Shown: positions 43,858-54,035, counted from the stretch's first letter. The stretch: 64,000 nucleotides of DNA from an uncultured Veillonellaceae bacterium (GCA_963805085.1 CAWDTA010000002.1:2016001-2080000), one strand, 5' to 3'. The notes: generated by a model not told the origin, from the sequence alone. Made by a program: numbers and translations.

Positions 43858-43913
43858 TTGACGGTTAGTGTAACTAACCATTATAATATAAATATAGGTT
43901 AGTAATACTAACC
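43858..43913 (+). promoter_or_regulatory. Divergent promoter with two 17-bp palindromic operators
   Basis: TTGACG-18-TATAAT, with GGTTAGTGTAACTAACC (43863) and GGTTAGTAATACTAACC (43897). Confidence 0.7.
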
Positions 43914-44149
43914 GAAAGATGAGCGAATTAGTTATTCTTAAAATAGTTAAAACAAAAAAATAAAACGGAACTGACCAATCTATTATTAGTCAGCAATGTA
44001 GTAGTCTATTAAACTTAATTATACCCGATATTGGATATAGTTCCTAGTAAAATCAAGAAAATGACAGAAATTAAGCTTGTATTATCTGCATCTGTACATA
44101 AAGAACTCTAGTGATTGATAACAAAATAACAATTGGAGGGGGATTTACT

Positions 44150-44443
44150 ATGGTAAAGAGTGTGTTTGATTTGTTGGCTTCTACGATAAAGCATGAAAAA
44201 TTAATTGATTTACAGCTGGAGAAATATTCTAGTGAGTATTACTATGCGAATGAAAAAGTTCTTGCGTATCAGAAAAAAATCAAGAGTGCATTGCCAGTGG
44301 AGTTGCAGGACAATTTGATGGCGCTTGATGATGAATATATTGGTATGCTGAGTAGCGGGATGGACGTATATTATCGGCAAGGATTTTCCGATGCAGTTCA
44401 GCTGATTATGGAGTCTTTAACTTGGGCTCCAACGAGAAGTTGA
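44150..44443 (+). CDS. 97-aa repeated hypothetical protein (orfX copy 1, DUF6809-reminiscent)
   Basis: SD GGAGGGG and C-terminal YYRQGFSDAVQL. Near-identical paralogs at 46436 and 57000. Confidence 0.72.
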   Translation: MVKSVFDLLASTIKHEKLIDLQLEKYSSEYYYANEKVLAYQKKIKSALPVELQDNLMALDDEYIGMLSSGMDVYYRQGFSDAVQLIMESLTWAPTRS

Positions 44444-44753
44444 ATGCCAAAAATATAAATGGTAGAGCAAATTCGTTCATACATGAACTGTTACAGCTTT
44501 GGGGTATGATTAACGAAAACTTTATAATAAGCAAAAAGTCCAGCTAAACATAGAAGTTAGCTGGATTTTTATTATAATATTTACTTTTTTTTGACACAAA
44601 ATCATTGTTTTCTGACACCATCTTTACGGTAAATCATGTTAATATCAAGGTGAAAATAATGATGAAGGCGATGACGATGATGGATTTTAAAGGCTCTTTA
44701 CAGGTGAGTCATTCGATAGTCTTATTATCAATTTTAAAAAGAAGGTGAATGTT

Positions 44754-44840
44754 ATGACAGAGGCCTTACCTCTCTTTACATTTTGTTTAGGATTTTGCAT
44801 TGGCTTATTGTTATGGCCAAAACTTATAGGATTTAAATAA
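44754..44840 (+). CDS. 28-aa hydrophobic peptide (possible type I toxin, family B)
   Basis: SD AAGGTGA, MTEALPLFTFCLGFCIGLLLWPKLIGFK. Duplicated at 60181. Confidence 0.5.
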   Translation: MTEALPLFTFCLGFCIGLLLWPKLIGFK

Positions 44841-45029
44841 ATGACTTTATTTTTACACCAGAACCAAGCTTTACATAAACTTAATAAATAGAAAGTGAAA
44901 TTGTTAAATTAATAAGAAATAGGGGAAGGGATATTGGTTCATAATGAAATGTGTACAGTCAATTATTTTGATTCATTCTCCAAGCTTTTTGACTTTTAAA
45001 AATGAGTATGATAGATTTATTAAAATATA

Positions 45030-45266
45030 ATGATTGGAGTTGAAAAAATGATTAAATTTTCTTGCTAATTTTACAAAGCATAATAAGATTGTGCGAGCAG
45101 AAAACGCTGCTTGTTTTGTTGTGCTTATGCAAGAAAGTTACTAATTTTTTCACTTAGACAATATAACCTCGCCATGCCTACTATGAGGCTGGCTTTGCTG
45201 TATTTATGAGCTGTAAGAATTAACTTTTCTTGCAGCTCATAATTTTTTTATGCAGGAGGATAAATT
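45030..45266 (+). promoter_or_regulatory. Ribosome-dependent attenuator leader of an ABC-F gene
   Basis: uORF MIKFSC (45048-45068) with SD GGAG, several hairpins, and terminator TATGAGCTGTAAGAA/TTCTTGCAGCTCATA-T7 before the SD. Confidence 0.55.
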
Positions 45267-45353
45267 ATGTCTTTAATAAACATTTCAAATCTGACCTTTG
45301 GTTATGACGGCAGTTACGATAACATATTCGAAAAGGTAAGTTTTCAAATAGAT
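45267..45353 (+). pseudogene. First 29 codons of an Lsa-type ABC-F ribosomal protection gene
   Basis: MSLINISNLTFGYDGSYDNIFEKVSFQID matches Lsa-family N-termini. Similarity stops at the REP-like site. Confidence 0.7.
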
Positions 45354-45354
45354 A

Positions 45355-45378
45355 GACTAAGTGACGGTTCTCTTTGTC
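45355..45378 (+). repeat. REP-like site, family 1
   Basis: GACTAAGTGACGGTTCTCTTTGTC. Confidence 0.78.
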
Positions 45379-45576
45379 TAAAATAGTCATAAAAATAAGT
45401 GTATTTTTTAAGAAAAGTTGTTAGATTATTTCACATTAAACAAATAGAGCATGTACAAAATTCAAGAATAACTTGAATTGTACATGCTCTATTTGTTTAT
45501 TTCTGGTTTGTCTGTTCTACCAACGAGGTAATCAAGTGAAGAATGACAGTTCTCGCGGTTGTAAAGGATTGAAGTA

Positions 45577-45975
45577 TTAATTCTTTTTGTTTTTTTCTTT
45601 CACATGCCAAAAACTAAATTCTAATGCCGTCCGTAGTTTAGCCTTGTCCTCAGCATCAAGGTGATAAATCTCACCATCGAACATAATTTCTGCTTGTTCG
45701 AGGAACATTGCCAAGTCTGTGAGAGCTTTTTTATTTTCAGATGATTCAGAGGGGGTAGGCTGGTTATCTAATATTTCATCAGCAGTAACATTGAAAATTT
45801 TTGTAAGTTGGTTTATGTGATCAATATTTAATTTTCTGCCACCGCGACCAGTTTCTAAATCATAATAATATTGCGGAGATATATTCATTAATTTTGCAAT
45901 TATATTGCCTGAACGTAATGCTTTATCAGGGTGTGTTTGGCGAATTTTCCTCAAGTTATTAGGTGATTCACTCAT
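45577..45975 (-). CDS. XRE-family (ImmR/cI-like) repressor
   Basis: NLRKIR...IAKLMNISPQYYYDLETG...FNVTADEIL, C-terminal IMFDGE..L..EDK..L..ALE. Confidence 0.8.
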   Translation of the reverse strand: MSESPNNLRKIRQTHPDKALRSGNIIAKLMNISPQYYYDLETGRGGRKLNIDHINQLTKIFNVTADEILDNQPTPSESSENKKALTDLAMFLEQAEIMFDGEIYHLDAEDKAKLRTALEFSFWHVKEKNKKN

Positions 45976-46435
45976 AAGTTATAACCTCGCCTTTTCGTCT
46001 ATTTGTTGAATCGAGATAATAGTATTATCAAATATAATTTAAATCATCGAATTGATGATAATAAGAGTAAATGAAAGTAAATTGACAAAAAACAGAGGAT
46101 TAGTTATAAAATAGACATCAATTGATTAGTATGACATTTGAAAAGTATCGTCAATTTGTTTATAATAATAAGTAATTAATCAGCAATATGTTGACTGATT
46201 GATTTTTAAATAATAGGTGGGAGCTCATTTTCATCTACATTTTCTAAAATAAATACATAAATATTCTAAGATATCTCAAAAAGTAAAAATCTATATAAAC
46301 TTAATTATACCCGATATTGAATATAGTTCCTAGTAAAATCAAGAAAATGACAAAAATTAAGCTTGTGTTGGATGTATCTGTACATAGAAAACTCTAGTGA
46401 CTGATAACGAAATAACAATTGGAGGGGGATTTACT

Positions 46436-46729
46436 ATGGTAAAGAGTGTGTTTGACTTGTTGGCTTCTACGATAAAGCATGAGAAATTGATTGATTTACA
46501 ATTGGAGAAATATTCTAGTGAGTATTATTATGCGAATGAAAAAGTTCTTGCGTATCAGAAACAAATCAAGAGTGCATTGCCATTAGAGTTGCAGGAAACT
46601 TTGATAGAGCTTGATGATGAATATAGTAGTATGCTGAGCAGCGGAATGGACATATATTATCGGCAAGGATTTTCCGATGCAGTTCAGTTGATTATGGAGT
46701 CTTTAACTTGGGCTCCAACGAGAAGTTGA
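46436..46729 (+). CDS. orfX copy 2
   Basis: Near-identical to 44150-44443. Confidence 0.72.
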   Translation: MVKSVFDLLASTIKHEKLIDLQLEKYSSEYYYANEKVLAYQKQIKSALPLELQETLIELDDEYSSMLSSGMDIYYRQGFSDAVQLIMESLTWAPTRS

Positions 46730-46883
46730 ATCGAATTTATAAATCACAACAATAAGAAAACCGTAACATATACATTTCGCTATATGTTACGGTTTTCTTA
46801 TTGTTTACCTATTGTTCCGATGATATAATGCTGTTAGGCGTACGAAACGGAAGCGGTTGTTAATCTGCCCTCACGGGGGTGAT

Positions 46884-46949
46884 ATGTTGGAGCAGGAAAT
46901 ACTTGTATTATTCTTGATTCTGCTTATCTTAAAAGAGACAAAAAAATAA
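46884..46949 (+). CDS. Type I toxin-like 21-aa peptide (family A, copy 1)
   Basis: MLEQEILVLFLILLILKETKK. Promoter TTGTTT-17-TATAAT with TG (46801-46829), SD GGGGGTGA. Confidence 0.65.
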   Translation: MLEQEILVLFLILLILKETKK

Positions 46950-47041
46950 CCGCTATCCTCGTCGAAAAGCGCTAGCGGTTATTTTGATATAAAATTAGCC
47001 TAAGCCTTTGTCAGACGACCGTTTCCAGTACGTCTTTTTAT
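46940..47041 (-). ncRNA. Putative antisense antitoxin RNA (copy 1)
   Basis: Minus-strand TTGACA (47071-47076)-17-TAAGAT promoter. The terminator hairpin AAAATAACCGCT..AGCGGTTATTTT overlaps the toxin stop. Confidence 0.55.
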
Positions 47042-47363
47042 ATTCTTATCTTATAACAGGCAAAGTATACTGTCAAGAAGATTTAGTCTTTAAAAAACAT
47101 TCTAGTAAGTAATATCATGCTAGTGGAAAGGTACTATTATTGGCAAGGATTTTCCGATGCAGTTCAGCTGATTATGGAGTCTTTAACATGGGCTCCAACG
47201 AGAAGTTGAATCGAATTTATAAATCACAATAATAAGAACTCCGTAACATATACATTTGGCTGTATGTTACGGAGTTCTTATTGTTCACCTATTGTTTCGA
47301 TGATATAATGCTGTTAGACGTACGAAACGGAAGCGGTTGTTAATCTGCCCCTAAGGGGGTGAT

Positions 47364-47429
47364 ATGTTGGAGCAGGAAATACTTGTATTATTCTTGATTC
47401 TGCTTATCTTAAAAGAGACAAAAAAATAA
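47364..47429 (+). CDS. Type I toxin-like peptide (family A, copy 2)
   Basis: Identical peptide, 480 bp downstream. Confidence 0.65.
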   Translation: MLEQEILVLFLILLILKETKK

Positions 47430-47522
47430 CCGCTACTCTCGCCTAAAAGTGCTAGCGGTTATTTTCATATAAATTTAGCCTAAAGCCTTTGTCAGACGAC
47501 CGTTTCCAGTACGTCTTTCTAT
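47420..47522 (-). ncRNA. Putative antisense antitoxin RNA (copy 2)
   Basis: Same architecture as copy 1, with a different hairpin loop. Confidence 0.55.
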
Positions 47523-47703
47523 ATTCTTATCTTATAACAGGCAAAGTATACTGTCAAGAAGATTTAGTCTTTAAAAAGCATTTTAGTAAGTAATATCATG
47601 CTAATGGAAAGGTACTATTATTGGCAAGGATTTTCCGATGTAGTTCAGCTGCTTATGGAGATTTTGACTTGGGCTTCAACGCGGAGCTAAAGTAAAAATA
47701 GAA

Positions 47704-47724
47704 GACTAAGTGATGTTTTCTTGT
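47704..47724 (+). repeat. Degenerate REP-like site, family 1
   Basis: GACTAAGTGATGTTTTCTTGT. Confidence 0.45.
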
Positions 47725-47941
47725 ATAATAACAGAGGAAGCATTAAATTAGAAGGCGTGAGAAGATGCATTATGGTCTGAATCGCTTAAACGATTATTTG
47801 TTTAAAGAGATTTTGGCAGGAATTCTGCTTTTTTTAGGGAACTTTCTAATGAAATATAGTACATTGGAATGAATTGATAATGTGTCGTAGCATACGGTTG
47901 ATACTATAAACCATCTAAACAGAAATAAGGAGTTTTGTCTG

Positions 47942-48634
47942 ATGTTTAGTCCAATAAAGAATACAAAAGTCTATGAATTGGTATTTGAACAAATGAAACA
48001 TATGATTGTAAATGGAACCTTAAAACGGGGAGACAAGCTGCCTTCAGAAAGAGAACTGGTGGAGCAGCTTCAGGTCAGCAGAACATCTATACGCGAAGCA
48101 CTACGAGCGCTGCAAATCATTGGCTTAGTAGAGTGTAGACATGGGGAAGGAAATTATATTAGAGAGAAATTTGAAAATAGTTTGTTTGAGCCGCTATCCA
48201 TTATGTTTATGTTGCATGAGAGCACTCCGAAAGACATTATTGAAGTTAGAATGATTATGGAGTTAGAAGCAGTGGCCACGGCGGCAAATAAAATTACGGA
48301 TGAAGAGCTTGTAAATTTGGCGATATTAGTAAAGAACTTTAAGGATTCGCAAAGCGAAGACGAGAATGTCAAGATTGATAAGAAGTTTCACTACGAAATC
48401 GCGCGAGCTTCTGGAAATTTTCTTCTGTTTAATATATTAAATGTGATATCTGAATTAATAGATTCGTTTATTGATGATGCTAGAAGAAAAATCATCATCA
48501 ATGAAAAAAATATAGAGCTGTTGGCGAAACAGCATGAAGATATATATGAGGCATTGCAAAGGCGCAATCCTCAAGAGGCTATTGCGGCCATGAAAAGACA
48601 TTTGGATATTGCTAATGAATATATGCTTAAATAA
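47942..48634 (+). CDS. FadR/GntR-family regulator (LutR/LldR-like)
   Basis: GDKLPSERELVEQLQVSRTSIREAL, FCD domain D.KFH..IA.ASGN. Confidence 0.92.
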   Translation: MFSPIKNTKVYELVFEQMKHMIVNGTLKRGDKLPSERELVEQLQVSRTSIREALRALQIIGLVECRHGEGNYIREKFENSLFEPLSIMFMLHESTPKDIIEVRMIMELEAVATAANKITDEELVNLAILVKNFKDSQSEDENVKIDKKFHYEIARASGNFLLFNILNVISELIDSFIDDARRKIIINEKNIELLAKQHEDIYEALQRRNPQEAIAAMKRHLDIANEYMLK

Positions 48635-48730
48635 AAAATTGGAAAATCAACTGCGTAATGGTAACGCAGTTGATTTTTTTTACTAGTAATAGTGGAAAAT
48701 TTTACAATAACATGGTAATATATGAATAAC

Positions 48731-48741
48731 TGGTCATACCA
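48731..48741. promoter_or_regulatory. FadR-type operator
   Basis: TGGTCATACCA palindrome upstream of etfB. Confidence 0.6.
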
Positions 48742-48784
48742 TAATACCAATATGGTTCCTGAAAAACAAATAGGGGGTAAACGT

Positions 48785-49573
48785 ATGGACATTTTAGTAT
48801 GTGTAAAGCAAGTACCAGAAACTTCAAAAGTTGAAGTCGATCCAGTAACAGGAGTATTAAAACGCGATGGTGTAGATTCCAAAATGAACCCGTACGATTT
48901 ATATGCGTTAGAAACAGCCTTGCGGATAAAGGAAGAGGTCGGCGGAACGGTAAAAGTGATAAGTATGGGGCCGCCGCAGGCCGCAGAAGTAATTAAAGAG
49001 GCGTATATGATGGGCGCAGATGCAGGTGTTCTACTGTCAGATCGCAAATTTGCCGGAGCGGATGTCTTAGCAACCGCGTATACCATATCACAAGGTGTTA
49101 GAAAAATGGGTAATGTAGATCTAATATTGTGCGGTAAGCAAACAACTGACGGCGATACTGCGCAAGTTGGACCAGAAATGGCGGAATATTTAGCAATGCC
49201 GCATATCGCAAATGTCATAAAAATTGAGAAGATAAAGGATGCTTCGCTGATAGTAGAAATGGATATGCCGCATACGGTTGAAGTAGCAGAAATACAATGT
49301 CCATGTTTATTAACGGTGGAAAAAGATATTTATCAGCCACGGCTGCCTTCTTATAAGAAAAAACTATCTACGAAAGATTGGGACGTCAGCATATTTAGTT
49401 TACATGATTTTGCCGATCAAAACGAAAAAAACTATGGATTAAATGGGTCGCCTACGCAGGTTGAAAGAATATTTCCGCCTGCCGTAAATACCGACAAAGA
49501 AATTTGGAGAGGAGCAGGCGTGGAATTAGCTGATAAGTTGACGAGTAAACTGAAAGAATTAAGATTTGTGTAA
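48785..49573 (+). CDS. etfB: Electron transfer flavoprotein beta subunit
   Basis: VCVKQVP, MNPYD..ALE, SMGPPQA, CGKQTTDGDTAQVGP. Confidence 0.95.
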   Translation: MDILVCVKQVPETSKVEVDPVTGVLKRDGVDSKMNPYDLYALETALRIKEEVGGTVKVISMGPPQAAEVIKEAYMMGADAGVLLSDRKFAGADVLATAYTISQGVRKMGNVDLILCGKQTTDGDTAQVGPEMAEYLAMPHIANVIKIEKIKDASLIVEMDMPHTVEVAEIQCPCLLTVEKDIYQPRLPSYKKKLSTKDWDVSIFSLHDFADQNEKNYGLNGSPTQVERIFPPAVNTDKEIWRGAGVELADKLTSKLKELRFV

Positions 49574-49585
49574 TAGCAGCGTACT

Positions 49586-49662
49586 TGATTATATAGTGAT
49601 TATATAGTGATTATATAGTGATTATATAGTGATTATATAGTGATTATATAGTGATTATATAG
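49586..49662. repeat. VNTR, TGATTATATAG x7
   Basis: Seven perfect 11-bp units between etfB and etfA. Confidence 0.95.
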
Positions 49663-49725
49663 TGCACATGTACTGGTCTGACGTATGACCACTGCTGATA
49701 AAATCGTTGCAAGGAGGAGAATACT

Positions 49726-50916
49726 GTGAGCAGATTAATTGTAAATCAGGAAACAGTAAATGCATTACAGATAAATGAGTTAGTTAAACTATGTCCTTTT
49801 GGCGCAATTGAAGAAAAGGGTGGCAAGATAGAAGTAAACGCCGCTTGCAAAATGTGCAAGCTTTGCGTTAAAAATGGACCGGCTGGGGTAATGAAATTTG
49901 TGGAAGACGAAGTGCCAACAATCGATAAAAGCTTATGGAAGGGTGTCGCTGTTTATGTAGATCACGTGGATGGCGACATACATCCTGTAACTTTTGAGCT
50001 TATCGGTAAAGCCAAAGAGCTGGCGGCAAAGGTAAATTATCCTGTTTACGCGGTCTTCATCGGGCATAGCATTGCGGATAAAGCTGAAGAACTCTTGCAT
50101 TATGGAGTAGATGAGATTTTCATATATGATTTTGCCGAATTAAAAGATTTTAGAATTGAGCCATATACAGCAGCCATGGAAGAGTTTATAAAAAAAGTAA
50201 AGCCTTCTACCTTATTGGTTGGTGCTACAACAATCGGAAGATCGCTCGCGCCTAGAGTTGCGGCACGATTTAAGACAGGTCTGACGGCTGATTGCACTAT
50301 TCTTGATATGAAGGATAATACAGACCTTGTGCAAATAAGACCGGCGTTTGGCGGTAATATCATGGCGCAGATTATAAACCCCAATCATAGGCCGCAGCTG
50401 GCGACAGTACGATATAAGATAATGAACGCCCCAGAAAGATTGCCTGAGAGAAAAGGCAAGATAACGCCTTGTTCTATGAATACAGACACGTTACACTCCG
50501 CGATTACCGTATTACAGGTAACACAAAAAGAAGTGGAAGCAAGTATTTCCGACGCGGAAGTAATTGTCGCAGTCGGCAGAGGTATAAAATCGGAAAAAGA
50601 TGTAGCGATGATTAAAGAATTAGCTGAATTGCTTGGCGCACAGGTAGCGGCAACACGCCCGCTTATTGAAGCAGGTTGGGCGGAGACCAAGCGTCAAATT
50701 GGCTTAAGTGGCAGAACCGTAAAACCAAAACTAATTATTACCTGCGGCATATCCGGAGCGGTACAATTTACGGCAGCCATGAATCAGGCGGATTGCATAG
50801 TCGCGATTAATCAAGATCCCAGGGCTGCGATATTCAATGTGGCGCATTATGGTATAGTCGGCGATATATATGAAGTAATTCCTCACTTAATCAATAATTT
50901 AAAAGAAAAACATTAA
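49726..50916 (+). CDS. etfA: Electron transfer flavoprotein alpha subunit with N-terminal Fe-S domain
   Basis: CPFGAI..CKMCKLC, GLTADCT, RPAFGGN, QIGLSGRTVKP, GISGAVQF. Confidence 0.95.
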   Translation: MSRLIVNQETVNALQINELVKLCPFGAIEEKGGKIEVNAACKMCKLCVKNGPAGVMKFVEDEVPTIDKSLWKGVAVYVDHVDGDIHPVTFELIGKAKELAAKVNYPVYAVFIGHSIADKAEELLHYGVDEIFIYDFAELKDFRIEPYTAAMEEFIKKVKPSTLLVGATTIGRSLAPRVAARFKTGLTADCTILDMKDNTDLVQIRPAFGGNIMAQIINPNHRPQLATVRYKIMNAPERLPERKGKITPCSMNTDTLHSAITVLQVTQKEVEASISDAEVIVAVGRGIKSEKDVAMIKELAELLGAQVAATRPLIEAGWAETKRQIGLSGRTVKPKLIITCGISGAVQFTAAMNQADCIVAINQDPRAAIFNVAHYGIVGDIYEVIPHLINNLKEKH

Positions 50917-50936
50917 CTTGTATTTCTTAGAAATAG

Positions 50937-52367
50937 ATGGCTGGAGGTAATAAAATGGGAGACATTTGTAAGCAGGAATATAATAAATTAGATCAGAAAG
51001 ATATTGCTTTTCTACTCGATCTGCTTGGTAAAGACAGAGTATATACAGGTACGGAGATTAATGAAGACTACAGCCATGATGAACTTGGCGGAATAAGCAA
51101 AATGCCGGAAGCTGTTGTTGAAGTGTCAAGTACAAAAGAAGTAGCAAAGATTATGGAATATGCTTATGAGCATAGCATTCCTGTCGTGCCCAGAGGGTCT
51201 GGTACAGGGCTTGTTGGAGCATCTGTCGCTATTTATGGTGGGATTATGATCGATTTAACGAAAATGAATAAAATACTCGAAGTCGATGAAGAAAACTTAA
51301 CGCTAACCGTGGAGCCAGGCGTTTTGCTCATGGAGATTGGCAAGTTTGTCGAGCAGTACGATCTCTTTTATCCCCCTGACCCTGGTGAAAAGTCAGCTAC
51401 GATCGGCGGAAATATTAATACAAATGCCGGCGGCATGAGAGCAGTTAAATATGGTGTAACAAGGGATTATGTAAGAGGTCTTACGGTAGTGCTGCCAACA
51501 GGAAAAATTTTAGAAGTTGGTGGCAAGGTTGTTAAAAATAGCTCAGGATATAGTATAAAAGATCTTATTTGTGGTTCAGAAGGGACGTTGGGTATTGTAA
51601 CCCAAGCCGTGTTAAAGTTGCTGCCGTTGCCGAAAAAAGCCATAAGTTTGTTGGTTCCATTTTCCACCCTTGAAAGAGCCATCAATACAGTCCCTAAGAT
51701 CATAAAATCAAAGTCGATACCAACAGCTATTGAGTTTATGCAAAGAGAAGTTATTATTGCGGCAGAGGAGTATTTAGGCAAGAAATTCCCCGATAACTCA
51801 GCAGATGCCTATTTGCTGTTAACTTTTGACGGAAACAGCAAACAAGACGTTGAAAAAGAATATGACAGAGTGGCTAGCATCTGCTTAGCTGAAGGAGCCT
51901 TGGATGTCTATATTTCTGATACGGATGAAAGAAAAGAAGCGGTGTGGTCGGCGCGGGGAGCCTTTCTCGAAGCGTTGAAAGCCACTACCGAAATGGATGA
52001 ATGTGACGTTGTAGTGCCCAGAAATAAAGTTGCAGAATTTGTTAAATATACGACTGAACTACAGCAACAGTTTGGGATGAGAGTAAGAAGTTTTGGGCAT
52101 GCAGGCGATGGAAATTTGCACGTATATGTATTGAGAGATGATTTGCCACAGGAAGAGTGGCAAAAGAAATTGAAAGCGGTTTTCGCTTGTATGTATAAAA
52201 AATCTGTGGAGTTAGATGGATTAGTATCCGGGGAGCATGGCATAGGTTATGCGAAAAAAACGTATTTGTTTGAGCAATATGGCAATGATTACATGGGTCT
52301 CATGCTGAATATTAAGCTGGCCTTTGACCCTAAAAATATTTTAAATCCGGGCAAAGTTTGTCAGTAG
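50937..52367 (+). CDS. FAD-linked ETF-dependent lactate dehydrogenase (LctD/GlcD-like)
   Basis: [48 protein letters not shown]. Context matches an lct operon. Confidence 0.88.
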   Translation: MAGGNKMGDICKQEYNKLDQKDIAFLLDLLGKDRVYTGTEINEDYSHDELGGISKMPEAVVEVSSTKEVAKIMEYAYEHSIPVVPRGSGTGLVGASVAIYGGIMIDLTKMNKILEVDEENLTLTVEPGVLLMEIGKFVEQYDLFYPPDPGEKSATIGGNINTNAGGMRAVKYGVTRDYVRGLTVVLPTGKILEVGGKVVKNSSGYSIKDLICGSEGTLGIVTQAVLKLLPLPKKAISLLVPFSTLERAINTVPKIIKSKSIPTAIEFMQREVIIAAEEYLGKKFPDNSADAYLLLTFDGNSKQDVEKEYDRVASICLAEGALDVYISDTDERKEAVWSARGAFLEALKATTEMDECDVVVPRNKVAEFVKYTTELQQQFGMRVRSFGHAGDGNLHVYVLRDDLPQEEWQKKLKAVFACMYKKSVELDGLVSGEHGIGYAKKTYLFEQYGNDYMGLMLNIKLAFDPKNILNPGKVCQ

Positions 52368-52494
52368 GCTGCCAAGTATCTGGTTAGAAAGCCCTTTAGA
52401 GTGGCGCGCTGCGTTCTTCTTGCTTTAAACTATTCCGGACGCACCGTTTTCTATAGTATTTCAAACTATCTATGAATACGGGAGGAAGAATACC

Positions 52495-54018
52495 ATGAAT
52501 ATGTATTTGCTTTTTATGATTGCATTGATACCAATCGTTTGGCTAATGGTTTCATTGGTAGGGTTAAAGATAGCAGGGCATAAAACAACCCCGCTTAGCC
52601 TTGGTATAACGCTTATGCTAGCAATAACTGTATGGGGAATGCCAGCAATCGATGCGGTGAGCGCAGGACTAGAGGGAGCGGCTATGGCCATATGGCCGAT
52701 TATGATTGTTATTATTGCCGCTGTATTTATTTATAATCTGTCGCTGTACACAAAGGGGATGGATGTTATTACGAGTATGATGACAGGTATAACAACAGAT
52801 CAAAGAATATTAGTGCTTATCCTAGCATGGGGGTTTGGCGGATTTCTTGAGGCTATTGCCGGTTTTGGGACGGCTGTTGCTATTCCGGCCAGCATTATGG
52901 CGGCACTTGGCTTTGAACCTGTTTTCGCGGCAATTATCTGTCTAATTGCCAATACTACGCCAACCGCCTTTGGCGCTATAGGGCTTCCGGTATCAACACT
53001 TGCCCAAGTTGCCGGTCTTGAGGTAAACGAATTAAGTTATGCGATAGCACTTCAGCTTGTACTCTTAATTGTTATTGTTCCCATGGTATTAGTTATGATT
53101 ACGGGAAAAAGTGTCAAGGCCATTAAGGGGGTTTTTGGCATCTCGCTGGTATCAGGGTTAGCGTTTGCTGTTCCGCAACTGCTAGCAAGTAAGTATATGG
53201 GCGCGGAACTTCCAGCCATTCTCGGTTCTGTAGTGTGTTTAGTCACAACAATTGCTTGGGCTAAACTATATCATAAAGATAAAGCACAAAAAAATGCAAA
53301 AAAGATATCCACGAGGCAAGCATGCATGGCTTGGCTGCCATTTGTCTTAGTATTCCTCATTATAATTGCCACAAGCTCGTTATTTCCCAGTATCAATAAA
53401 ATGTTAGCGGCAGTGCAAACTGCAGTAAACATTTACAGCGGTCCTGGCGGTCATCCCTATTCCTTTGTCTGGCTCGCTAATCCAGGTACGCTTATTATCT
53501 TTGCAGGGATTATCGGAGGCTTGCTGCAAGGAATAAAGCTTACTGAAGTAGTTGGTGTCTTAGGGAAGACGGTTAGGCAAATGACCAATTCCGCCATTAC
53601 TATAGTTTCTATTGTAGCACTGGCAAAAGTTATGAGTTATAGTGGCATGATCAAGTCAATAGCCGTAGTTTTAGTTTCGGTAACAGGCTCAGCCTATCCC
53701 CTCATAGCGCCTGTTATCGGAGCACTTGGCACTTTTGTAACAGGCAGTGATACATCGGCAAACGTATTGTTCGGCGGGCTGCAAGTCGAAGCGGCTAGAT
53801 CACTCTCGTTGAATCCCTATTGGTTAGCTGCAGCTAATGCGGCAGGCGCAACTGCAGGCAAGATGATATCACCACAAAGCATTGCTGTTGCCACTGCTGC
53901 TACAGGACTTGCGGGTGCAGAGGGCAAAATATTATCAGCTACTTTACGCTTTTGTATGGTTTATGTAATTATATTAGGCATCGTGACATTCCTAATGGAA
54001 CCGATTTTTGTAGACTGA
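52495..54018 (+). CDS. L-lactate permease (LctP family)
   Basis: FLEAIAGFGT, ANTTPTAFGAIG.P, GSDTSANVLFG.LQ, GKMISPQSIA. Confidence 0.92.
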   Translation: MNMYLLFMIALIPIVWLMVSLVGLKIAGHKTTPLSLGITLMLAITVWGMPAIDAVSAGLEGAAMAIWPIMIVIIAAVFIYNLSLYTKGMDVITSMMTGITTDQRILVLILAWGFGGFLEAIAGFGTAVAIPASIMAALGFEPVFAAIICLIANTTPTAFGAIGLPVSTLAQVAGLEVNELSYAIALQLVLLIVIVPMVLVMITGKSVKAIKGVFGISLVSGLAFAVPQLLASKYMGAELPAILGSVVCLVTTIAWAKLYHKDKAQKNAKKISTRQACMAWLPFVLVFLIIIATSSLFPSINKMLAAVQTAVNIYSGPGGHPYSFVWLANPGTLIIFAGIIGGLLQGIKLTEVVGVLGKTVRQMTNSAITIVSIVALAKVMSYSGMIKSIAVVLVSVTGSAYPLIAPVIGALGTFVTGSDTSANVLFGGLQVEAARSLSLNPYWLAAANAAGATAGKMISPQSIAVATAATGLAGAEGKILSATLRFCMVYVIILGIVTFLMEPIFVD

Positions 54019-54035
54019 GTGACGGTTCTCTTTAG
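54013..54035 (+). repeat. REP-like site, family 1, containing the permease stop codon
   Basis: GACTGAGTGACGGTTCTCTTTAG. Confidence 0.75.

Larger units (their letters stand above)
46655..47690 (+). repeat. ~480-bp tandem duplication (two units plus a partial third)
   Basis: Units start near 46655, 47135 and 47616, each beginning with the orfX 3' end GGCAAGGATTTTCCGATG. Confidence 0.9.

Noticed and set aside
43233-46729. Intact prophage
   Set aside because: Repressor-like genes only. No integrase, replication, structural or lysis genes.
48571-49218. 215-aa minus-strand ORF and similar antisense ORFs across the window
   Set aside because: They lie antisense to well-supported genes and have no motifs.
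49586-49662. Possible CRISPR array
   Set aside because: The 11-bp units are contiguous with no spacers, and no cas genes are present.
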